Below are positions 27,517 to 39,579 of a stretch of 64,000 bases of DNA, piece after piece. The notes beneath the pieces were generated by a model, which was not told the DNA's origin, did no database searches, and saw nothing but the letters and a program-made list of their open reading frames with translations. This DNA comes from Vermamoeba vermiformis (lineage: Eukaryota), in the NCBI GenBank assembly GCA_045837725.1, contig JBEWZL010000294.1:248001-312000 (forward strand). The letters run 5' to 3'. The translations under genes and the position numbers were made by a program. Numbering within the stretch: position 1 is the stretch's first letter; each line of letters starts with the position of its first letter.

Positions 27517-30088
27517 TTAATCGACATCGTGCAGCGAATTCGGATCAAAATCACTATGATCGTGCTGACTATTATTCTGAGCGTTATTGCCATTGTTGTC
27601 ATTAACATTCATCGTGATATTGACCGAATAAGGACCATGAGGCTGCTGCTGTCCGGAGCTAAAATTGAACATAGGGCCACTGTTGCTCGTTGGCCCGAAA
27701 TGGTAAGAGGTGCCTGGCAGTAGTGTTTCGAATTGGTAGCGGGTCATATTGGGATTGAACGGCTGATCAAAATTGAACTGAAATCCGCCTTGATCATTTG
27801 TTCGCGGGCCTTGAGACTGTTGCACCAGCTGTGGATTGGGAGCGAATGAGAATGGTGGACTGGAGTGGACTATACAACATAAAATTAGTTGCTGATCGGT
27901 TGATCGGATCAGATCCGACGTACCTTCATGGTCATCCTCTCCATCATCAAAATACTCGTCGTCATCAACATCGTCGTCACTATCCTCTTCATCGTGCTCG
28001 TGTTGATGCAGGTAATTAGACATGATCGCATTGGTCAAATTGGCCATCAAAAATCGTTGGAGCCGCTCTCGCCGTTCAGGTGTCTGTTGCTCCGAATCGC
28101 TTGAAATTTCCTCGACTTCGTGATCTTCCTCGTCACTATTGGATAGCCAAATATGGTTAGTATTGCCTAATTAGGAAAGTCATACGTGTAGCGCAAACAT
28201 ACCCGCTCTCGTCATCAGACCACACGAGTGGTGGCACGTCCACAGGTTTGTTGATGTCCACTTCATAGTCCTCGTTGTACTCCTCTTGGTCTCGGTCCAC
28301 GCGCCGTCTCTTGCGGCCAGGAGCGCTCGAGGACGAGCTGTGCAAGTGGTGCGAGACCGTGGGACTAGCGCCGCCTCGCATGAACGGTGACTCTTGGCGC
28401 AGTGAAGACGAAGCACTGCTCGGCTGACTCGTGCGCTGAGGGATCGGATGGTTGCTGAGATGTTCTACGAGTGCGTTGTGGAACGCGTTGACCAAGTGAT
28501 CGTGCTCAGTCATCTCTTCGTCTTCGTCCTCATCCTCGCTCAACTCGTCGTACTCGCCGTCACTGTCCTCGTCTGTACTGAATCCATGTTCCGCGTGATG
28601 AGCACAGCACGTGGGCCTTGAGCCGTGAACAGGACACGTGAGATTTCGTGGCGGGAAAATTTGTCTGAAGCCCAATTCTTCTTCGTCATCGCTCTCCTCT
28701 TCGGAGGTCAGCTCCGGCAAATCTTCTTCGTCATTCCCCTCGACAGGTCTCGTTCGCGATGAATTTCTTGGTCCCTCGTCTTCATCGTCACTTTCAATCA
28801 AAATGGGCATGTCCTCGTCAGATCCACCGACTTCGATGGTGTTGCTATTATTGCCCTCACTACTGTTACGGTTTCTAACGTTGTGTCTGTGAGCCAAGAG
28901 CGCATTTAAAAGACTCGGATTATTGAAGATTTGTTGGGCAGCGGAATTATTGGTTGGATTTTGCGGAGGTTCATCGTCATCAATATCTTCAACCAGGGCC
29001 GGCATATCATCTTCATCGTTATTATTATTATTGCCACTGTTATTTTTATTGTCCTTATTTGGTCTGTTCTTGGGTGACTTGCTCTTATTGCCGTTCCAAA
29101 TATCATTAAATTTTTTGTCGTCACGTTTTCCATCACCATCACCATTGTTATTTCCATCGCCCATTAATGCAGGCAAAATATCGTTGAATTCATTTCTGTT
29201 TGATTTTTTGAATTTATCGTCCACGTAGCCATCGTCAAGTTTGCGTCGTTTGTTCGGCGAAGCGGATTCGTTAATCTCGGCCTCATCTTCGTGCTGAGAC
29301 TCGTCTCGGCGTCTAATTACACCTTTGCGTTCAATAGGCACCAACTTGTTCTTTGCAGCTGCGATGAGGAGCACTGGATCCATCGCATTAGCGCGGTCGT
29401 TGATGATAAAATCATCCTCGAAGAAATCCATCATCATCTCGTCACCCGATTCAGCGCTCTCATCGTAATTCTCGTCGTGGTTGTGACCTACACGCGGTAA
29501 TCCGTCGCTGTATTCTTCGTCTTCACCGTTATTTGCAGGCTCATCGTCATCTTCTTCGCCATAAGGACTAAGAAAATTTTTAAAATTTTAGTAAGCTCTT
29601 AAATTTGATTATATGGTGGGGCATATGTTTAATATAATACTGTTAACTTACTCAAAAATAGTTGGACCCTCTTCGTACTCATAATTCTCCATGTCAGATT
29701 CGTCAGCTGAATCCTCATCGTCTTCACCTTCCTCGTCATCATCGTCGTCACCCTCTTCTTCATTATTACCGGTTGCTTCACCTGTACTTTGAATGCCTTG
29801 TTGTGCTTGCAATCTTCCTATAAGATTCAGAAGGAAATCTGCTCCTTCGTCCGAACGCGAGGATTGAGCGCCTAATTATTTTTAAATATTAATATAAGTA
29901 ATATCATAAAGATTGAAGAATTTTAGAAAATAAAGAAACTGTCAGAATAAGCTAATAATTTTCTACGAATAGATCTGACCCGAGAAAAATGTTATTATTG
30001 TGCTCTCCCTTTTAGTTTACATACCATATATAAATAAATAGAGAAATACTAAAAGTATTCTCGAAACTTGTAGAGATCCGGATTTCAT
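27517..30088 (-). CDS. Acidic, Asn-rich low-complexity hypothetical protein
   Basis: ORFs 28157-29437 and 27517-28050 plus upstream exons; D/E runs; candidate first exon at 30088 splices in phase. Confidence 0.65.
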
Positions 30089-30505
30089 AGTTTTGTTGTA
30101 TCCGCTGTCCTTCTTATTCTTCCTCAATATTATGTAGCAATACAACTAACACAATATTGTTATTATTAAGTATTGTGGTGCTTGTCTTTTGCGGAACAAC
30201 TGAATTGAATTTTTTGCGCGGGGATCAGGTTTGTAACTTTTTTTCTGAAGTTCAGAACAATTGCTGTTTAACAAAAGATGGAGATATTCCTCTTGTGAAT
30301 ATGAACGACAGGATCTTAGATTGTTTATGTTTTTAAGTTGTTCCTTCGAATCTCGCTGAATTTTTGGTTTCCAATAGGAACGGTGTTTACTAAACTGGAA
30401 AAAACGTTGAAAATAACGCTATTAAATACTCCGCCGCACTGAATATAAATAGCGATGGTAGCATAAGTTAATAATCAATAACAACAGCACACAACAAAAG
30501 AAATA

Positions 30506-31270
30506 ATGCAAGCCCGACCAAGAAACCTCCCTCGCCGCCAAGCTACTCCCGCTAAACTATTACCTGGCTACGTTCGTCCCTCTCAAGTTGCCCGACAAAG
30601 ACCAGCTACTGTGACTGTCATTCGTAAATCCAACAAGCGCCGCCAGGTCGTCCGAAATACAAATCCAGTTCCTCGCCGCCACTATTCGGAAAGGACCGTT
30701 CATATAATGCACGAAGCTGGTGTACTGCGCTCATTCGAGCGCCCCGAAGGCGACGTATTTGCCAACAACTGCGTATCCGAGACTCGTTCGAGGATCTGCG
30801 GAGAAATTCACAATAGGCTGAAATGGCGGGCCTCTCGCAAGTGTTCGGTCAATATGTGGGTAAGAATTGATACTCATATGAAAGCGGAGTGAATTTTGAA
30901 CTAATATTTTTAGATCACCAAACCGATCTTCGCCAATTTGATTTTCCGCAAGTGTGGTGAAGACCACTTTCGTTGGACAATTACCAAAACCAAACATAAA
31001 CGTGGGGTGGTGACTCCATCCAAAACGATTGTCCGCATAGCTCTCTCAAGCCGTGAATTTATCAACATCTTCGGTTTTGGTTCAGATGTAAAGCGGGACA
31101 CTGACGAAAACAAGCGTATGTACGTTGCAAAAATATTCAACGAAGAAGATGACGTTGTGCGCATCAGCTACTGTTTGACCAGTGGATCACTGCGCATTCG
31201 CTTTGGCTTCAAATTTTTTCAGCTTTGTATCGATTCTGTAACTGGTTTAATGGATTATTTGGAGATGTAA
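30506..31270 (+). CDS. Orphan protein (~236 aa) with Arg/Pro-rich N-terminal arm and beta-rich body
   Basis: ORFs 30506 and 30938 are joined in frame by a phase-0 intron at 30860-30913 (gtaaga..ctaat..tag). Confidence 0.7.
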
Positions 31271-31483
31271 TTTTCCTAATTATATATTACTTTAAAAATT
31301 AAAGTTTTTAAGCGAGTGATGTTGGATGTAATCAGCGCTTGGTGACCCAAAATAAAAAAAGTTGTTAAATCGAGACGTTTTAATTTTTATGAATAGTTGC
31401 CTATGCCACAAATCAAGTTTACTCTTTAGTTTCGTTAAAAATATTACACATGTAAAGAAAAAAATTTTTTCGCACCAGATCTC

Positions 31484-32580
31484 ATGCCAATCCGTATGGA
31501 GGAGGTCACATGGCAAGACCGCGCTGATCGGCGCACTATTAAAGTTGACTATGACAAAAAACAAGAACATACCAAGGACATGGAACCAATACCAGTAGAA
31601 GAAGCAGATTTGTTTGAGACGATCACCCGAAGGTAAAGTATTGCAATTATACGGAATTTTATTACGGAGCAGGATATTACAGATATCATTTAGATTCGTG
31701 TATAGCAATAATTGACGCGTAAATTTAATAATTATAAATATAATTTCTAATCGATTAAATTTTAATAGTACTCAGTTCAAAGACCAGTACGGAGATACAG
31801 TAATTAGATACGAAACGGACAATGCCGTCAAAAAAGAACTGCGAAATTCGTTGTGGAAAACTACGAGCACTTTGGTAAAGAACGGGGTTAAGACATCCCT
31901 TAAAAATACCACAAGCCTCCACGGCGGCAAGTGGTGCCGATACAAGAAGAACTCTCCGATCTTTTTGTCACGCGATGGCCAGTCTATCCTTAACTTTGCC
32001 AAACGCTCAAGGTTTCCGTCGTTTTTTCACAATGCACTAAATCGACAAGTGTTTGACCTGGTGGACTGGTGGCTGCAGCGCATCAACAATGAATTGTATG
32101 AGAGCTATTGTAAGATCGAAGTTGGAGAGCGGCTTGTTTGCAAGTCGTACTTGATGTGCGTGATTAACTTCGAACTGAGCGGTCCGCACTATGATAAAAT
32201 GGCACGTAATTACATTTGAAGACGCATAATAAGTAATAACTGACGTATTATAGGACGAAATTGAAGGACTCTGCTGTGTAATTCCTTTTGGATCTCCAGA
32301 TCGCTCATGGACAGGAGGAGATCTAGTGTTCCGTGACCTCAAGCTACGATTCCCAATGAAACCAGGAGATATAATTTTCTTTCGATCTCGAGAGCTATTG
32401 CACGAGAATTTGCCCGCCGAAGGTGAACGACGGTCTCTCGTGCTCACAACAGATCATAACTCATTTAAATCACCTGGACAGCAAGTGCAACGAATTTATA
32501 AACATTCTCCTCATCTGAATATTAATGTCGATGATGACTGGGATGAAGTGGATGAGGACGATATGGATTTGGAATTTTAA
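31484..32580 (+). CDS. TET/JBP-family 2-oxoglutarate/Fe(II) dioxygenase (~302 aa, 3 exons)
   Basis: Exons 31484-31632, 31769-32201, 32254-32580 (909 nt); motifs HGGKWCRY, INF..PHYDKMD (HxDxxD), CVIPFG..WTGGDLVF, PGDIIFFRSRELLHEN, GERRSLV. Confidence 0.82.
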
Positions 32581-32637
32581 TTTTTAATAACGTTTATTTA
32601 TTTTCAAAAAATATACAAATAATAGATTGAAACTACA

Positions 32638-34726
32638 CTATCGAAATAAAGTGCCATTTTCGTCAAAATACTCACGATCTTCATTTTCTTCGTCAAATCT
32701 GAAAGAATCAAAAACACTTTGAATATTAGTCTCTGTCTGCACGTAATTATCTTCCATTATCGTGTACTCCTCTGCTATTGCTTGGTTATTTTCTACTAAC
32801 GGTACTTCATTTTCAACAATTTCTTCGTATTGATCTGCGCTCTTTTTGGCAATTCTCTTTGGCTGTTTGGGGCCAAACCTTCCTCGCACTTGTTGTGCTG
32901 ATCTATTTGAACGTTTGGATTTTGTTTGTCTTCGTTTTGCCGGAGCTCTTTTTCGTGGTTTTGCTGCAACGCTAGATCTCCGTTTTTTTGGTTTGTTCTG
33001 TCTGGTTATCTTTCGATTAAGCAGGTTATTTAGTTCAACCATTAAATCAAGCTCAATAGCTAACTTATATCTTGCGTAAAAGTTCAACATTAATTGTTCG
33101 GTGAGGTACAGATCGCCCAAACCTCCTCCATGATTTGTGGCCCGACTTTCAATGGCTCTATGTAATCGATTCGCATACTCAAATCCTTGTTGAGAATATT
33201 TGCCAATTGAGCCCACCACATTCACAAGATCTACAACGTGGCAGAATAATACATGTAGGTACGGAGTTAAAAATGATTTGAAAGTAAGAGGCCACCATTT
33301 TTTCATTGTTGATATTGCTTCACTAAGAATATGTACTTGAGTGTAGGTCAGATCTTGTTGTAAGGAAATTAATCGGTAGATCACTGACCAACTATTTAGA
33401 ATTAAGATGACTCGATTCCTTTTGGTAGAACTAACCCAACTACTAATTCTATCAATAGCTACCGTATTTGGAGTTGTTGAATTTAATTGTGAAATTAATG
33501 ATTCGTCGTCAGATGCAAGATCTTCCGCCAATATTTCTCTGACTCCATTACCATTAATTGCAGCCGTTAAACTATCCTTATCTCTTCTAATTGTCCCATA
33601 TTTATATTCTTTGAATTTATCGGCTATTTCGTCGATTTTGGTTGGGATGAGATCTAAAATTGTTCCAATTACGATTCTTTCAGTCACTCTCATGCCCATG
33701 TGCAAACAACAAAATATCCAATCCGTAGACGCAATGTCCAATCCAGGAATTGTTTCTCTGGCTATGACGCCGTCGTTGTTTTCAATTTGAATATCGCAAG
33801 ATCTCTTGTTACAATACGGGCAAAATTCTAGTTCTGAATTATCACACCATTGTAAGCCACTACATTTCCATAATGAAACAAAATCAGACCCCATTTTGAT
33901 TTTTAAGTTGTAGGATTTTTGTTCATCCGTCTCTTTCGCTCGAAAATTCATAGTTTTCAGTTGGCACAGTTTTCGTAGCGTATTATTTGCAGTGGTGCGT
34001 GCCTCTTTTTCCGAGCATTGGAGAATAGATAGAGGAAAAGTACTGAATCCAGATTGCGCAGGTAGCTTCAAATTCAGCGGAACAATTCCGATAAGCACTT
34101 CATTAGTTCCATTATTAGGTCGACCGTCAAGACTAAACTTAAATTCAATGTCGTTAGGGATAGGGCTATCAGGGAAGGCAGAACAATGGATGCGACAAAT
34201 CATCTGCAAAACTTTCTCTTCTTCGACAGTACATGAAAAATACTTTTCATCGGAAGTTAGCGCCAACTCTGTAATTAGCTCCTCGTTAACCTCTCTTCTC
34301 ATGTTACGAATTGCGTCAATTGATGGCAACGCCAATTTTAATCCACCAATTGCTCTGATCATTCGATAAGCTTTATCGGGTAACATTCCCTCTAGTTTGG
34401 CTAACAGGATCTATGGTATGATTAGCGCGATATAATAACGTGAGTAGAAAATGACTTACTCGGCGCAACCGTCTCACATCCCGCCGCTTTCGAAAAACCG
34501 GCATTTTTGTTAATTTGTGGGCAATAATTTGCTTTCTTAGCCTTGCTTTCATTATCTTAACAAATTCTAGAGCACTTTTCTCAAGACAGATAGCAATCTG
34601 CTCATCTGTGACAGCGTGCGCTTCTTTAATTGAATTTATCATGTCCGTAATTATTGGCGTTAATCTTGTATTTCGGTAACTCTCTGTTAATAGGTCACCT
34701 ATGTTTTTTGTGTTGTGGTTCACCAT
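32638..34726 (-). CDS. RAG1/Transib-like DDE transposase (~679 aa, intron 34411-34459)
   Basis: SLDGR (D1), GSDFV (D2), FCPYC, CCLH, INGNGVREIL and TPYLHVLFCHVVDLVNVVGSIGKYSQQGFEYANR, collinear with the RAG1 core (..[33 protein letters not shown]); basic C-terminal tail. Confidence 0.85.
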
Positions 34727-35846
34727 GTTGATCAAATCGTATTAATTAATTATCAAAAAATAAAAATTATTACAAAAACAATCCCTTTTAGAGGATATCC
34801 AAATTCGAACAATTACGCTAAATAAAATTTTATTACCAGTATTAGTATTGACTTTACATTTACGGGATCAGCGGAGGAATAAACGTTACTTCATTACTAA
34901 TTCGGCAAGCTTATAATGAAATCTCTACAAGGTAATTATACAAATAGGGCAACGGTGGAGTATGTATCGCTACCATTATACTAATGCAGAATTATCGGTT
35001 GTGACTTTACTAATGCGAATGAAATCCCAATAGAACCAACCAGTCGACCAATCGCAGGGTTTTTTCGGAACAACTAAAACCGTTTGTATTGCGGGTGTTT
35101 TTAAGTTCCCAACAGAATAGATTGAGCTCATTCTTCTCGTTCGAATATTCTATAAACAACACCGAATGCGGGAATAACACAAGACGAGTAGCTACTCAAG
35201 TGATTCTCAGAACTTCAGACCAGAAGATCTAAAACTTAACATTGCGTCTTGCAAATGACGGAAGAAATGCCACAAAGCTTATTAGTGTGGCTAAAATTAC
35301 GAGATCAAACTGAAAAAATAAGACAGACAAAATACAAAGCGTTTCTTGCAGCAGATCCCTTGGCCTTTCGGGTATTTGCTCAGAAGATCCAACGACAGCA
35401 CCAATCGCATTCAGTATTAAAATATGTTTTTAAAAATACGTACGAGAAATATCAACCAAATGGCTCCTCTGAAAAAGCAGACGACAACTCGAATCCTGCA
35501 GTGGCAACTATGCGACAGTAGCAGATAAATATTCTGAAAAGGGCTCTAAATATATCAATTAACACTCCCTATATTATTTATATTTATTACATGTAAATAC
35601 GCGATTATTGTAAATAAAGTTCATGACTTCAATGAATTGAAAGGCTCACACGTCGATTCCCGCACTTATTCTATATTTGCATCAGGAATATTACTCCTGG
35701 TAGCACGTTAAATAATAAACTTACGGAAATGCGAAATCCATTTCAGAATTCCGTGTCAGCATTATTTTGGATCCAACAAGTGGATCACCACGAATCAAAA
35801 ACCGGCCACGGACTCATATCTTTCTAGCAAAAGTAACATTATAATA

Positions 35847-37370
<1,524 letters not shown>

Positions 37371-37402
37371 TAAACCAAAGACAATGCAACGGCTCGCACA
37401 GC

Positions 37403-38772
37403 TCATTTGAAGTCATCTAAATCATTTCCATCGTCATCGGGATCGAGACGCCTCGTTGGACGATGAGAAGAGTCTTGTTTCTTGAACTTCTTCGCGCTGC
37501 TCTTTTGATCGCTGGATGTAGCTTTGTCACTCTTCTTCGGCTTGTTAGATTGGGTTGACTTGCTCTTTTTAGTCTCCCCCGATGATTGGCTCTTCTGTTT
37601 TACAGGCGAGATGCTTCTAGAAGACGGAGTTTTGAAGTCGTCATCGTCTTCAATCTTGATGGGGAACTTGTCCTTGCTGGAGAAACTTGAAGATGACTTT
37701 AGCGAAGATGTCGTGGATGCCAACACTGCGTCTGAGGAGTGGTCGCTCTTTTTAACCTCGGCCGATGCGTCCAAGCTTTGCAACGAACTTAACGAACCAG
37801 ATCTGCTGCTCGCGGAAAAGTAGTCTGAGAGGGTCTTAGGCTTCTTCCGTGTGACCCAATCATCTACGCTACTGCTATATATGCTCGTGTTGGATCGCTT
37901 GATAGGGCTAGTATCCAAAACAGGAGATTTCTGCTCCTTCTGCTCCGGAATCTGGCGCGTGTCGATCTGCATCTTTTCTTCGTCAGAGCTATCCACTACT
38001 TCAATCAAATCTTCGTCTAAGGGCAGATTTATCTCCATTTTGGGCAGTGGCTTTGATACCTCGGGTACTGGCTCGTGCTTCACCTGCGAGCTCATGATCT
38101 CCAGTTCTTCGTCCGGCACAAAATTGGATCTGATGTAACCGTTAGACTGTATCTAATATTAATGAATTTGTTACGATATACACTTACTGTTGCGTGTCTT
38201 GAAAGAATGATTGTGTCAAGGCAAATGGCGATGAATCAAGCAAGCCATAGTCTCCGTTGTTCGAATGATCTGATGCGTAGTCATCGTCGCTGCTGGAGGA
38301 CGAGTTCTCTTCGTGCTCTTGGTCCACATCGCTGTTCTCTCGTGCAATGCGCGATTCTGACTCATGGGCGGTGTTATTATTGGTCGCGACAGGTATACTT
38401 AATATCAATAAGGCGGATTAGGCGTGGGTCCTTGCAAACTGTATTTAAGAGGACTTACGGAGTATTTAGCTCTTCGGTGCTAATGTGATACCTGAGCTGG
38501 CCAGGCTTACTTAAGACTCTCACCAGTAAGAGCCGAAGATCTTCATCTGAAAATTTACCGTCAATCCTGTCGCGTAAAATCTGGGTAAATTTAATCTTCT
38601 CGGGCATATTTTTGTCTTCTTCAGTAGTTGCTTGCTTCGAATTGTTGTTATTTTCTGATTTTTCTGTCAGATCAACAACTACCGCGCCTTTCTTTTCGCT
38701 GGTCGCTTTACTTGGCTTAGGCACATTGGTATTATTTCCTTTTTCCTTTCTATCATTTTTGCGTCGCTTCAT
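37403..38772 (-). CDS. Hypothetical Ser/Lys/acidic low-complexity protein; start uncertain
   Basis: Three minus-strand ORF segments (38455-, 38184-, 37403-) linked by GT-AG introns; VVVDLT and IEVVDSSDEE SIM-like motifs. Confidence 0.55.
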
Positions 38773-39579
38773 TATCCACCCAGCATTGTCTGGCGCTTCT
38801 TCGGCTCGCGGTGTTTGAATGAGATTCCTTGCAACGGTCACTTTGCTCATCGAGTTCGTGCACCAAACAACAGCTGTGGAACAGTCTTTCACGCGATTTA
38901 TTCAATACACACGAGAGAAAAGCTGGCGAGAGCATAAAGACGTTCATTACTGTTTCCCGGAAATCGGCAAGCAAGATGGGATCAATCCGCAACGAAATTG
39001 GCTTGCATATTTTTAATTAATTCTATCATTGGTAAACTTCATACTAGATTGATCCAACGTACGAGAACGGCCTGGTAAGAATTATTTTGAGCGTTGTGCT
39101 CTAATCCTCGTCCTCGCGCTCCCAACTTCACCCAAGCTGTCCTAAATGGAACCTGTGCCAGTTTGGACCTCCTCCTCTGGGATATGAATATTCATTATTG
39201 AGGCCTTAATACTATTATCCATGGCGTGGTCTAGCGGTTGGACTATTTTTGGTGACGCGTGCCCAACGCATTCAGTTTTGAACGTCTTAGCTATCAGTTG
39301 GTTAATCCCTGCATATTGTCTCTGCATGGGTCATGATGTGGAAGCAGAATTAAATAAGATGCCGCGTGAACCACAGAATCTTTTGGGGTCAAAAACAAAT
39401 GTCTACTTTTCGTTTTCGGCCGTAATGTTATTAATTTTTAGTTACCTTAGCAATGCAACAATAAGAATGCATATGTGATTTGTAATCGATATGGACGTTA
39501 TGCAAAGAGGTAAATAGCAAAGCCGGCAGATTTGACGTTTCGGAGACCACATTTTCAATAACTCTGCAAACTCCAATTT

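Larger units (their letters stand above)
30372..35091. mobile_element. Putative RAG1/Transib-like DNA transposon carrying a TET/JBP dioxygenase and an orphan gene; boundaries tentative
   Basis: DDE transposase + TET/JBP + orphan gene clustered between two host genes; imperfect ~34-bp inverted repeats at 30372-30405 and 35059-35091; no TSD found. Confidence 0.6.

Noticed and set aside
30150-30177. CACAATA..TATTGTG mini-hairpin resembling a Transib/RSS heptamer
   Set aside because: No matching heptamer found on the right side of the element; probably chance in AT-rich promoter DNA
30328-35107. 12-bp direct repeat TGTTTTTAAGTT on both sides of the element as a TSD
   Set aside because: Asymmetric distance from the candidate TIRs (32 vs 4 bp), too long for a Transib-type TSD, and low complexity
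35249-35521. 90-aa ORF between the transposase and DUS2
   Set aside because: No recognisable motif or clear splice context; cannot tell whether it is coding or part of the element
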